Assembly (NCBI GenBank): GCA_016788485.1
Contig: JAEUSV010000031.1
Location: 20,578-84,577, forward strand
DNA length: 64,000 bases
Reading direction: 5' to 3'
DNA from: Flavobacteriales bacterium
Lineage (GTDB): Bacteria > Bacteroidota > Bacteroidia > Flavobacteriales_F > PHOS-HE28
Shown here: positions 26,512-36,509 of the stretch, in pieces
Layout: each line of letters begins with the position of its first letter
Position numbering within the stretch: position 1 is the first letter of the stretch
Made by a program: the position numbers and the translations under genes
The notes under the pieces: generated by a model
Seen by the model: the letters and a program-made list of their open reading frames with translations, nothing else
The model's database searches: none
What the model was told of the DNA's origin: nothing

Positions 26512-28203
26512 TCACTCCATCACGAGGCGGCACAGGCCGATGCGCTCTCCGTTCCGCAGCAGTTCGCAGAGCAGCGCACCACGTACGCCGGGTTCCACGG
26601 ACAGCCTTGCGGCAGGCTGCACGTCGCGCGCCAAAACCACGCGCCCGAGCGCATCGAGGATGCGCACCCCATCGAACGGCACATCGATTTCAAGCGTCAC
26701 CGTTCCATTTGCGGGCACGGGGTAGGCGATGACCTCCGCTACGGCACCTGGGCCGTCCACCATCGTGGGGAAGCTGCCGCTGCGGGCCACGAACATCGCA
26801 TTGGTGTTGGGGTTGACCATCTGCATCACCGGCACGCCGGGTAAGGCCAGGGAGTCCTGGAAGTACCCGGCCGCATAGATGTTGCCGCCGTCATCCAGAC
26901 CGATCCCACGGATCCCGCGCGGATAGGAATTGCGCTGGGCCTGCACATTGAGCAATGCGCTGCTGCTGTCGAACCGCGCGAGGAAGAACCCGTAGGTGCC
27001 GCTGATCCCACTGTTGGGCGTGATGCCGCCGATGGTGAAGTTGCCTTGGTGCCAGCCACCGACGAGCAGCTTGTCGGGCGCCTCCAGCACCATGGCCTCG
27101 ATGTCGTGGTCGTAGGTGCTGTTGCCCATGCGGGTGCCCCAGGTGATGTCGCCGGCCGCGTCCAGCTTCAGCACCACGTTCTTGTACGTGCCGAAGTTGC
27201 CGCTCACGGCGATGTTGGGCACCCCAAGATGTCCGTAATCGCCCTCCCGATGGATGGCGGCATAGAGGTTCCCGTCGGCGTCGGCCTGGAGCACCTGCGC
27301 GTCATCGTAGCCGTAGCCCCCGATCACCTTGGTCCACTGCGGTGCGCCGTTCAGGTCGTACTTCACCAGCACCACATCGTGCGCCTGCCCGCTGGGTTGG
27401 ATGTTGAGCAGCGTGTCGCCTTCGAAGAACAGGGTGTCGCCACGGGCGCGGAAGCCGGCGTACAGCATGCCGTCGGCGCCCACGGTGAGGGCCTGCACCT
27501 CGCTCGCGCTGTAGCTCCACTGCTCGCCGCAATCGGGCCGTCGGCTCCAGATCCCGTTGCCGTTGGGGTCCAGCTTCAGGAGGAAGCTGTTGTAATACTG
27601 GCTGCAGCCCTGCAGGCCGGGCAGCCCGGACACATCGAGCGTGTACTTGAAGCATCCGCCCACATAGATGTTGCCGTTCGCATCGCAGGCGATGGCCTTT
27701 GCCCATTCCAATTGCCCGCTCTGGAAGTCATTGCTGCCGTAGCGCTGTGCCCAGGCCCAGCTCCCGTCGGTGGCGCTCAATTTCGCCACGAACACGTCCA
27801 TGCCGCCCACCTTCGTGAGGGTGGTGGTGCCGAAGGCCGCGGTGGCGCTCTGGAAGTAGCCGGTGATCACCACGCCGCCCGTGCCATCGAGGGCCAGGTC
27901 GTACGCGTCATCGAAGTTGTTCCCTCCCGCACGAACGACCCACAGCGGCACGCCCTGGTTGTCGTACTTCACCACGAACACATCGCTCTGGCCCACGCTG
28001 GTGATGGGGGGGAGCGCCCCGAAGGTCACGGTGCCGTAGAAGGAGCCGGCCGCGTAGCTGTTCCCCAGGTCGTCGGTGGCGAAGCCCATCACGCCCGGTG
28101 CGGCGCTGGCGCCTGTGGTGGGTTCGGCCCACTGCCAGTTGAAGGGTTGGGCCAAGCCGGCCAGTGCGAGGCAGCAGGACAGGGTAAGGAAGGAGGAGCG
28201 CAT
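26512..28203 (-). CDS. T9SS cargo with SBBP-type beta-propeller repeats
   Basis: Repeated D..GN.Y..G.F...D.FV.KYD..G..W; C-terminal AYPVPANG...ILDALGR CTD. Confidence 0.82.
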   Translation of the reverse strand: MRSSFLTLSCCLALAGLAQPFNWQWAEPTTGASAAPGVMGFATDDLGNSYAAGSFYGTVTFGALPPITSVGQSDVFVVKYDNQGVPLWVVRAGGNNFDDAYDLALDGTGGVVITGYFQSATAAFGTTTLTKVGGMDVFVAKLSATDGSWAWAQRYGSNDFQSGQLEWAKAIACDANGNIYVGGCFKYTLDVSGLPGLQGCSQYYNSFLLKLDPNGNGIWSRRPDCGEQWSYSASEVQALTVGADGMLYAGFRARGDTLFFEGDTLLNIQPSGQAHDVVLVKYDLNGAPQWTKVIGGYGYDDAQVLQADADGNLYAAIHREGDYGHLGVPNIAVSGNFGTYKNVVLKLDAAGDITWGTRMGNSTYDHDIEAMVLEAPDKLLVGGWHQGNFTIGGITPNSGISGTYGFFLARFDSSSALLNVQAQRNSYPRGIRGIGLDDGGNIYAAGYFQDSLALPGVPVMQMVNPNTNAMFVARSGSFPTMVDGPGAVAEVIAYPVPANGTVTLEIDVPFDGVRILDALGRVVLARDVQPAARLSVEPGVRGALLCELLRNGERIGLCRLVME

Positions 28204-28267
28204 GGGCAGGTCGGTTGCGTGGGACGAAGATCGGTCGCCGCGCCGTTCATGCCGTGCACGCCTTGGT

Positions 28268-29035
28268 TCAGCGCGCGGGCAGCTCGCGCATGAGGGCCAG
28301 CACAAGCTCCACGAGCTCCCGGCGTTGGTCGGGCGTCCCCGCATCGCCCATGTTGTTGTGGGGCACGCTGGAGGTCACCACGCGCATGTGGAGGTCCTCG
28401 GCTTCCCGGGGAGTTGGCAGCACGCCCTCATCGGCGGGTTGATCACTGCTGCGGATGCTGCACACGAACGGCTTGCGCGTTCGAGGCAGCGGCATGCGCC
28501 GGTTATCAAGTGATAACACGCATTCCACCAGGTCGGGGTGCAGTTGCGCGAACAGCATGCTGATGTCGCCGCCCTGGCTGTGGCCCATCACCGTCACGCG
28601 CGATACATCGAGCATGGGGCGTTCCGTGCGCAACCTGTCCAGTACGAAGTGCAGGTTGGCAGCGCCGCGCTCCCAGCTTGGCCTTCGCACCACCTGGGCC
28701 ACACCGGTCAACGGCAGTGGATCATCGGTGGGCAGTTCGTGCTGCACGCTCACCACGCACCAGCCGGCGGTGGCGAGCGCTTCGGCCAGGTGGCTGTAGT
28801 GCAGGTAGGAGCCGGGGCGGTTCTCATTGTAGCCGTGGCTGAGGAGCACCACGGGCTTTCCGGTGTCGGCACCGGTGGTGTGGTAGAATGCCACCGGTAC
28901 CGGGCGATGTCGGGTGCTGTCCAACCAAGTGAGCGTGTCCATCACCACCTGGCCACGCAGGTTGCACGAAGCGTGGATGACGAGCGCGATGGCCACGATG
29001 GACCGCATGTTGAGCAGGGCGTTCGTTGTGCTCAT
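28268..29035 (-). CDS. Alpha/beta hydrolase
   Basis: VVLLSHG, nucleophile GHSQGG, C-terminal His (PHNNM); start may be ATG 29008. Confidence 0.85.
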   Translation of the reverse strand: MSTTNALLNMRSIVAIALVIHASCNLRGQVVMDTLTWLDSTRHRPVPVAFYHTTGADTGKPVVLLSHGYNENRPGSYLHYSHLAEALATAGWCVVSVQHELPTDDPLPLTGVAQVVRRPSWERGAANLHFVLDRLRTERPMLDVSRVTVMGHSQGGDISMLFAQLHPDLVECVLSLDNRRMPLPRTRKPFVCSIRSSDQPADEGVLPTPREAEDLHMRVVTSSVPHNNMGDAGTPDQRRELVELVLALMRELPAR

Positions 29036-31692
29036 GGCGCCAGTTCGATCACGGTGCGCAGCCGGATATCCTTGCTGGAACCGCCGATCATCAAGCGGAA
29101 GGCACCAGGCTCAGTGACCTCCACGAGCGCTTCGTTGAGCATGCTCAGCCGTTCAGCGGTGAGGTGGAACGTGACGCGCTGCGATGCGCCGCCGGCGAGC
29201 TTCACCCGCTGGAAGTCCTTCAGTTCCTTCACGGGACGCGTTACGCTGGCCAGCTCGTCGCGCACGTAGAGCTGCACCACCTCTTCTCCGTCCACCTCGC
29301 CGGTGTTGGTCACCGTGAAAGAGATGTGCACGGTGTCCTTGGCCGTGAAGGTGCTGTCGCTGATCAGGAGGTCGCTGTAGGTGAAGCTGGTGTAGCTGAG
29401 CCCATAGCCGAAGGGGAAGAGCGGCTGGCCCGTGCCGTCCACGTAATCATCGCCGCGGCCGGTGGGGTGGTGGTTGTACACCAACGGCAGCTGGCCTTCG
29501 TTGCGGGGGAAGGTCATGGGGAGGCGACCGCTGGGGTTCCGCGTTCCGAGAAGCAGGTCGGCGATGGCGAGGCCGCCTGCTTCGCCCGGATACCATGCCA
29601 TCAGCACGGCATCCACCTCATCGATCCAGTTGTCCATCGTGATGGCGCTGCCACCCACCAGCACCACGGTCACGGATCTGCCGGTGGAGGCCACCCGCTT
29701 GATCAGCTCCTCCTGCCGGCCCGGCAGCTTCAGGCTGCTCCGGTCGCGGAACTCACCTTCCTCAATGCCGGCCACGATGATCACCCGGTCGTGCTTCCGT
29801 GCCAGTTCCACCGCCTCGCCGATCGAGCGCTCGTCCCGTGCCCCATCCAGACCTGCGTCCCACACCAACCGGAAGCGTGCGTTGCCGGCGCGTTCGCGGT
29901 ATTCGATGCGCAACGCGGTGGCCTGGCCCTTCGTGAACAAGAACGGCATCACGGTGGTGCCATGGCCTTGTTCCTCCCAGCGGTCGATGTAGAGCTCGCC
30001 GTCCAGCCACAGGCGATAGCCGTCGTTGCCTTCGACACCGATGTTGAACACACCGCTTTCCTTGGGCATGATCGTGCCTTCCCAGCGCACTCCAAAATGG
30101 TCGTAGGCCACGCGCGGGTCCGGACCGAAGAGCGTCCACTGGAAGTCGATGGTTCCATCGGTGCGCGTGAAGGCGGGCGTGGCATCCAGGTCGATGCCGT
30201 CGTAGTAGGTGCCCAGCAGTCCTGGCTTGCTTATCGCGCCTTCACTGTGGAAGAGCACGCTGTCCGGAACGGTGGGGTACCGCACGCTGCTGCGCCCGCA
30301 GCCTTTGGTCCATGATAGCCGGCCCACCCAGTGCACACGTCCTTCCATGGCATCCCAGATGGACACCGGCCGGTTCCCGGGACCGCTGTAGCCGCCAAGG
30401 CGCGCCTCCCGGGCCTCCTCACCGATCACCAGGATGCTCGGCGCGTTCTTGGGCAGTGGAAGCGTCCGGTTGCGGTTCTTCAGCAGCACGGCGCTCTTCA
30501 CCGCCGCTTCGTAGGCAAGCTCGCGGTGCGCATGCATGTCCAGCGCGCGGAGCAACGAGTCGTCCGCGTATGGCCGGTCGAAGAGCCCCAGCTCGAATTT
30601 CATCCGCAGCACCCGCGCCACGGCACTATCGATCGCCGCCTGCTTCGCGCTGCCGTCGAGGTATGGCGGGATGAACAACGCCTCATGTGCCAGGTCGGTC
30701 TGGAAGATCACGTCCTGGCCGTTCTCCACGCTCTGCCGGCCCGCATCCGCGTAGTCCTTGGCGGTGAAGTGGAGAACGTTCGCACCGCCGGTCGCCGCCG
30801 CATCGCTGATCACGAAGCCACGGAAGCCCCAGTCTTTGCGGAGCACATCGTTCAGGAGCCAGCTGTTCGCGCTGCACGGGCGCCCGTTCAAGCTGTTGTA
30901 GGCGGTCATCAGGGAGCGCGCACCGCCCAACTTCGCGCAGGCCTCGAAGGGCTTCAGGTGGGTCTCGCGCAGCAGCCGTTCGCTGTGGAAGGCCGGATAG
31001 CTGTCGCGTCCGCCGTCGCCATGGTTGGCCACGAAGTGCTTGGGCGTGGTGATGATGCCGCGGCTTTCCAGGGCCTTCACGTAGGCCACGCCCATCCACG
31101 AGGCCAGGAGCGGGTCCTCGCCATAGGTCTCCTCCACCCGGCCCCAGCGCACGTCGGTGGCCAGGTTCACCACGGGGCTCAGCACCATGCGGATGCCGCG
31201 GGCCCTGGTCTCCAAGGCGATGGCCGTGCTCACCCGCCCCATCAACGTGGTGTCGAAGCTGGCGGCCAGGGCGATGCTCTGCGGGAACGCCGTGGCGCCG
31301 GGCAGCACCAGCCCGTGCAGCGCTTCCTCGTAGGGGATGAAGGGGATGCCCAGGCGGGTGCGCTCGCGGAAGTAGCGCTGGCTGGCGTTGATGCGTTCCA
31401 ACAGGGGGGCGCCGGCAGTGCCCTGCGCGTGGCCGATCACCTGCTGGGTGGCGGTCTGTGCGTTGGTGCCGCGGTCGAGCTGGAGGCCGAAGATCCCGTT
31501 CGCGTAGCGCGCGCTGTCAGGCCCCACTTCACCCACCACCATGAATAGCTGCCTGAACTTCTCCTCCAGCGTCATGCGCCCGAGCAGGTCCTGCACGCGC
31601 GCGGCCGTGGAACGCGAAGGGTCCTGGTAGGGAAGCTGGGCCCGGAGCGCAGGACCGCCGAGCAAGAGGAGCAACAGGAGTGGGCCGCGCAC
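29032..31692 (-). CDS. GH3 beta-glucosidase/xylosidase with PA14 insert and Fn3-like domain
   Basis: EEALHG, RWGRVEETYGED, KHF, GFVISD, WYPG, PLFPFGYGLSY, EVVQLY. Confidence 0.95.
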   Translation of the reverse strand: MRGPLLLLLLLGGPALRAQLPYQDPSRSTAARVQDLLGRMTLEEKFRQLFMVVGEVGPDSARYANGIFGLQLDRGTNAQTATQQVIGHAQGTAGAPLLERINASQRYFRERTRLGIPFIPYEEALHGLVLPGATAFPQSIALAASFDTTLMGRVSTAIALETRARGIRMVLSPVVNLATDVRWGRVEETYGEDPLLASWMGVAYVKALESRGIITTPKHFVANHGDGGRDSYPAFHSERLLRETHLKPFEACAKLGGARSLMTAYNSLNGRPCSANSWLLNDVLRKDWGFRGFVISDAAATGGANVLHFTAKDYADAGRQSVENGQDVIFQTDLAHEALFIPPYLDGSAKQAAIDSAVARVLRMKFELGLFDRPYADDSLLRALDMHAHRELAYEAAVKSAVLLKNRNRTLPLPKNAPSILVIGEEAREARLGGYSGPGNRPVSIWDAMEGRVHWVGRLSWTKGCGRSSVRYPTVPDSVLFHSEGAISKPGLLGTYYDGIDLDATPAFTRTDGTIDFQWTLFGPDPRVAYDHFGVRWEGTIMPKESGVFNIGVEGNDGYRLWLDGELYIDRWEEQGHGTTVMPFLFTKGQATALRIEYRERAGNARFRLVWDAGLDGARDERSIGEAVELARKHDRVIIVAGIEEGEFRDRSSLKLPGRQEELIKRVASTGRSVTVVLVGGSAITMDNWIDEVDAVLMAWYPGEAGGLAIADLLLGTRNPSGRLPMTFPRNEGQLPLVYNHHPTGRGDDYVDGTGQPLFPFGYGLSYTSFTYSDLLISDSTFTAKDTVHISFTVTNTGEVDGEEVVQLYVRDELASVTRPVKELKDFQRVKLAGGASQRVTFHLTAERLSMLNEALVEVTEPGAFRLMIGGSSKDIRLRTVIELAP

Positions 31693-31820
31693 GGCGGAAA
31701 GCTAGTGAGCGGGATGTTGATCAACGGTCCGCGGTCCTGGCACCCTGCCGACTAACTCTACCAAGGACCTGAAGTGCGAACAAGCGCTGCATCTTCGGAA
31801 GGGCCGGGCCCCTGGGTCCA

Positions 31821-32288
31821 TCAACCGGCACAGGAAAGCACTTCTTCCGCGCGTTCGGACTGACCTTCGAAGAGGAATGCGACGCCGTCATCCACCGATC
31901 GGAAGTAACCCACCTTGAAGGGGATCTTGGGCGAGGAATGGTCCATGATCCGCTCCACGCTCATCTGGTTGAAATAGTCCGAAGAGGGTAGGATGGCCAT
32001 GCGCTCCAACATGCCTGCCGCGATCAACCGCGGGAACCAGTTCTCGTTGGTCCATGTCTCTTCAGGCTTGAGGATCGCGGTCATCAACCGCAGATCGGCG
32101 AGCCATCGCTTGACGCGGTGCTCCACAACGAAGGCCAGCGCGGTTTCGAGCCCTTGTCGGTATTGTGCCGGGTCAGCATAGCCCTTCCAATGCAGCACGA
32201 CCAAGGCATCCTGCGGCTTGTGCACGATCTCGAGGAAAGGCTCGTCCATGACGAGCACTCTATCCCCATTGTTCAATACGCGTTCCAT
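31821..32288 (-). CDS. STAS/SEC14-like (SpoIIAA-like) hypothetical protein
   Basis: LHWKG...YRQGL...WLADLR...W...WFPRL...MAI.PS.DYF pattern; TAACTTGG upstream. Confidence 0.7.
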   Translation of the reverse strand: MERVLNNGDRVLVMDEPFLEIVHKPQDALVVLHWKGYADPAQYRQGLETALAFVVEHRVKRWLADLRLMTAILKPEETWTNENWFPRLIAAGMLERMAILPSSDYFNQMSVERIMDHSSPKIPFKVGYFRSVDDGVAFLFEGQSERAEEVLSCAG

Positions 32289-32486
32289 GCGGCCTAGAAG
32301 GAACCAAGTTAGCCACTCCAGGCGCTGATCGCAATGGCGCCTGCTTTTCAGGAGGTCGATCCGGCCTGACGGGCTCCGGTCATGGTGTGGGTACTCCGGG
32401 GGGATCCCGTCACCAAGGCACGGCCCGGGCTGAAGAAGCCTGAACTGCGCGCCTCCCTAACTTCGTGCCCCTCAAGCGAAAGCGGG

Positions 32487-33827
32487 ATGTTCGAGAACCT
32501 CAGTGACAAGCTCGAAAGAGCGTTCAAGGTCCTTAAGGGCCAGGGCCAGATCAGCGAGATCAACGTGGCGGAGACCGTGAAGGAGATCCGCCGGGCGCTG
32601 CTCGATGCCGACGTGAACTACAAGACCGCCAAGGACTTCACCGACCGTGTGAAGACCAAGGCGCTGGGCCAGAACGTGCTCACCAGCATCAGCCCGGGCC
32701 AGCTGCTCACCAAGATCACCCACGACGAGCTGGCGGAACTCATGGGCGGGCAGGCGGCCGGCATCAACATGGGCGGCAACCCCACGGTGGTGCTCATGAG
32801 CGGCCTTCAGGGGTCGGGTAAGACCACCTTTAGCGGCAAGCTGGCCAATTACATCCGCAAGAAGGGCAAGCGCCCGCTGCTGGTGGCCTGCGACGTGTAC
32901 CGCCCCGCGGCCATCGACCAGTTGGAGACCCTGGGCAAGCAGCTCGACATCGCCGTGTACAGCGAGCGGGCCAACAACGACCCAGTGGCGATCGCGCAGA
33001 ACGCCATCGCCTTCGCCAAACAGCACGGTTTCACCGCCGTGATCGTGGACACCGCCGGCCGCCTTGCGGTGGACGAGGCCATGATGGACGAGATCACCCG
33101 GGTGAAGAAGGCCATCCAGCCGCAGGAAACGCTGTTCGTGGTGGACAGCATGACCGGCCAGGACGCCGTGAACACCGCCAAGGCCTTCAACGACCGCCTC
33201 AACATCGACGGCGTGGTGCTCACCAAGCTCGACGGCGATGCGCGCGGCGGTGCGGCCCTCAGCATCCGCAGCGTGGTCGACAAGCCGATCAAGTTCATCG
33301 GCACCGGCGAGAAGATGGAGGCGCTGGACGAGTTCCACCCCGATCGCATGGCCGGCCGCATCCTGGGCATGGGCGACGTGGTCAGCCTGGTGGAGCGCGC
33401 ACAGGAGCAGTTCGACGAGAAGCAGGCCCGCGAGCTCAGCAAGAAGATCGCGAAGGACCAGTTCGGCTTCGACGACTTCCTGGAGCAGATCGGTCAGATC
33501 AAGAAAATGGGGAACATGAAGGACCTCATGGGCATGATCCCCGGTGTGGGCAAGGCGCTCAAGAACATCGACATCCCCGACGACGCGTTCAAGGGCATCG
33601 AGGCCATGATCAAGAGCATGACCCCCGACGAGCGCAAGAACCCCGCCCTCATCAATGGCAGCCGTCGCACCCGCATCGCCAAGGGCAGCGGCACCAATGT
33701 GGAGCAGGTGAACAAGCTGCTCAAGCAGTTCGAGGAGACCCGGAAGATGATGAAGATGATGGGGGACAAGACCAAGATGATGAACATGATGCGCCAGATG
33801 CAGCAGGCGCAGGGCATGCGTCGCTGA
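32487..33827 (+). CDS. ffh: Signal recognition particle protein
   Basis: MFENLS, GLQGSGKTT, DTAGR, TKLDGDARGG, Met-rich M domain. Confidence 0.98.
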   Translation: MFENLSDKLERAFKVLKGQGQISEINVAETVKEIRRALLDADVNYKTAKDFTDRVKTKALGQNVLTSISPGQLLTKITHDELAELMGGQAAGINMGGNPTVVLMSGLQGSGKTTFSGKLANYIRKKGKRPLLVACDVYRPAAIDQLETLGKQLDIAVYSERANNDPVAIAQNAIAFAKQHGFTAVIVDTAGRLAVDEAMMDEITRVKKAIQPQETLFVVDSMTGQDAVNTAKAFNDRLNIDGVVLTKLDGDARGGAALSIRSVVDKPIKFIGTGEKMEALDEFHPDRMAGRILGMGDVVSLVERAQEQFDEKQARELSKKIAKDQFGFDDFLEQIGQIKKMGNMKDLMGMIPGVGKALKNIDIPDDAFKGIEAMIKSMTPDERKNPALINGSRRTRIAKGSGTNVEQVNKLLKQFEETRKMMKMMGDKTKMMNMMRQMQQAQGMRR

Positions 33828-33862
33828 TCCCTCGTGCTCCCTGGTCCAGCGCTCCACCGCAT

Positions 33863-34408
33863 ATGTCCGTCCCCACCGACCCCCTCGAGGCGCTCAAGTA
33901 CCCCATCGGTCGCTTCGTGCGCGGCACCAAGGCCTCCACACCGGAGCGCCGTCGGGAGCTGATCGCCCGCATTGAACGGTACCCGGTCGACCTGGAGGCC
34001 GCGCTGGAGGGCTGGTCCGATGCGGACCTGGACACACCCTATCGTCCAGGCGGGTGGACCGTTCGCCAGCTCGTGCACCACATCGCCGACAGCCACGGTC
34101 AGAGCCTGCACCGCTTCAAGCTGGCCTTGACCGAGGAGCGCCCGACCATCAAGCCTTACAAGGAGGCGCTATGGGCCGAGCAGGAGGATGCGCGCATCAT
34201 GCCCCTGGCTCCCTCGCTCGCCATCATCCGCGGATCGCATGCGCGATGGGCCGTGTTGATGCGGGCCATGACCGATGCGGAGTGGGACCTGAGCTTCTTC
34301 CATCCGGAGCAACAGCGCGAGATCGGCCTGGCCGAGGCGCTTGAGCTGTACGCCTGGCACAGCGCGCATCACCTGGCGCACATCGCGCGGTTGAAGGCAC
34401 GGGGATGA
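33863..34408 (+). CDS. YfiT/DinB family metal-dependent protein
   Basis: LKYPIG, TPYRPGGWTVRQLVHHIADSH, YAWH..HHLAHI. Confidence 0.9.
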   Translation: MSVPTDPLEALKYPIGRFVRGTKASTPERRRELIARIERYPVDLEAALEGWSDADLDTPYRPGGWTVRQLVHHIADSHGQSLHRFKLALTEERPTIKPYKEALWAEQEDARIMPLAPSLAIIRGSHARWAVLMRAMTDAEWDLSFFHPEQQREIGLAEALELYAWHSAHHLAHIARLKARG

Positions 34409-34488
34409 TCCGAAAGCGTTCGTAGGAGATCCGCTGCGATCGGTCGAGCGCGGAACCAATTTCGTCGATCCCGCGTAGGAGGGCCGTC

Positions 34489-36327
34489 ATGATGGCTCCC
34501 ATGCGTTACCTCGCTATTGCCTTCCTCGTTCTTGGCGGACCCTCCTACGCCCAAACGGGGCCCGGTGGCGTCGGCAGCAGCGCGAACAACGTGCTCTGGC
34601 TCCGTGCGAACTCGGGCGTGACCCACAGCAGTGGTGCGGTGACGCAATGGAACGACCAGAGCGGGAACAACAACCACGCCTACCTGCCCGGTTCGATCCC
34701 CACGGCCACACCCATGCTGGTCACCAATTCGGTGAACGGCTATCCCTCACTTGATTTCGACGGTTCCGATGACCAGCTGTGGGTGAACGATGCCGCCTCG
34801 CTGGACCTGACCCAGTGGCATTTCTTCATCGTCGTCACGGTCGACCTTCAGAAGGACTACAACGCTTGGTTGGTGAAGGGGAACGACGGGCAGGAGAACT
34901 ACGAGATGTTGAGCTACACGGACGGGAACATCCACACCCCGACCTACTACACCGATGGCACACGGACATTCCCGAGCTCCGCTGCCGGCCAGGTCACGAC
35001 GACCACATTCGACGTGATCGAATATTCCTACAATACGGCGGTGGGGCGCGATGTGTACAAGAACGCGACCAACATCGTCACGGACAACGAGAACAAGACC
35101 CCCCAGGTGAACAACCTGCCCTTGTACATCGCCAACGAACGGAGCACGACCGGCAGGAACGTGAACGGCGATATCGCCGAGGTCGTCGCGTTCAACGCGC
35201 GGCTCAATGGCACGCAACGGATCATCGTCAACAACTACCTGGCCGCCAAGTACGGTCGCTCCCTTGGGGTCAACGACATCTATCTCCAGGACCTTCCCGC
35301 CAACGGCAACTACGACCACGACGTGGCCGGTATCGGCCGCATCAGCGCGGCCAACCAGCAGAACGATTCCCATGGGTCGGGCGTGGTGCGCATCAACAAT
35401 GCGACCGGCCTTGGCGACAACGAGTTCCTGATCTGGGGCCACGACAACCGCGACATGGACGCCTGGGGCATCTCCGATTTCCCGCCCGCCATCCAAGGCC
35501 GTGTGGCAAGGGTGTGGCGCGTGAACGAGGTGAGCACGGCGGGCGCTGCCGTGGATGTGGGCAACGTGGACATCACGTTCGACCTGGCCGGTTTGGGCGC
35601 GGTCACCGCGGGCGATCTACGCCTGTTGGTGGATACTGATAACGACGGGTTGTTCGCGGACGAGACGCCGATCGGTGGCGCGACCAATCCGAGCGGCAGC
35701 CTCTATCGCTTCACGGCGGTCAACGCGCTTGCCAACAACCTGCGCTTCACCATTGGTACGGCGAACGCCATCGGCACCCCGCTGCCCATCGAGCTCATCG
35801 CGTTCAACGCCCGGCCCATCGGTCCACGTACGGTACGCACCTGGTGGTCCACCGCCACGGAGACGAACAATGCGGGCTTCCAGGTCGAGCGCAGCATCGA
35901 CCTGCTCTCCTGGGAGGTGACGGCCGAGGTGGCTGGCGCTGTGAACTCGGCGGCCATGCTGAACTACGAGGCTTTCGACCGGGAGGCACCTGCCGGAACC
36001 GTCTATTACCGTCTGCGACAGACCGATCTCGATGGCCGGAGCGAAGTGTTCGATCCGGTCGCCGTTCGCCTTGATGCGGATGCGGGTGATGACCTGCTTG
36101 TCTTCCCCAACCCGATCGATGGTCCGTTGAACGTGGTGGTGAACGATGCGGGTGATGCACAGGTGCGTTTCCAGCTTTTCGATGCCGAAGGCCGGGAGAT
36201 GCTGGTGCGAACTGAGACCATGGGCCCCGGGGCCTATCGCCTGGGCACGGAGAAACTGGTGCCGGGTGGTTACATCCTTCGTGTGTTGATGCCCGGACAG
36301 GTCCGCACGGTTCGCCTGGTCCGCTGA
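34489..36327 (+). CDS. T9SS cargo, LamG/ConA-like head (paralog A)
   Basis: QTGPGGV..LWLRA..W.DQSG; GDIAEV; PLPIEL..F...W.TATETNN; VFPNP CTD. Start may be 34501. Confidence 0.85.
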   Translation: MMAPMRYLAIAFLVLGGPSYAQTGPGGVGSSANNVLWLRANSGVTHSSGAVTQWNDQSGNNNHAYLPGSIPTATPMLVTNSVNGYPSLDFDGSDDQLWVNDAASLDLTQWHFFIVVTVDLQKDYNAWLVKGNDGQENYEMLSYTDGNIHTPTYYTDGTRTFPSSAAGQVTTTTFDVIEYSYNTAVGRDVYKNATNIVTDNENKTPQVNNLPLYIANERSTTGRNVNGDIAEVVAFNARLNGTQRIIVNNYLAAKYGRSLGVNDIYLQDLPANGNYDHDVAGIGRISAANQQNDSHGSGVVRINNATGLGDNEFLIWGHDNRDMDAWGISDFPPAIQGRVARVWRVNEVSTAGAAVDVGNVDITFDLAGLGAVTAGDLRLLVDTDNDGLFADETPIGGATNPSGSLYRFTAVNALANNLRFTIGTANAIGTPLPIELIAFNARPIGPRTVRTWWSTATETNNAGFQVERSIDLLSWEVTAEVAGAVNSAAMLNYEAFDREAPAGTVYYRLRQTDLDGRSEVFDPVAVRLDADAGDDLLVFPNPIDGPLNVVVNDAGDAQVRFQLFDAEGREMLVRTETMGPGAYRLGTEKLVPGGYILRVLMPGQVRTVRLVR

Positions 36328-36509
36328 CCGGTCTCCCGATCCCTGGTTTCGTCCAACATCGCTGTTCCCACGCCTCCGTGCGATCACGGTCGCGACCCCG
36401 TTCCATGCACTGACAGGGCGCAGGGTTCGCCGACCGGTCCAGCTATCCTGTCCGGGATGCATCCTGATCGGTCGAACATCCGTATGAAGCCTCGCCAGTT
36501 CAAGATCCC

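Noticed and set aside
32289-32486. SRP RNA (ffs) upstream of ffh
   Set aside because: Hairpins are present, but I could not find the conserved domain IV motif (CAGG...GNRA...AGCA).
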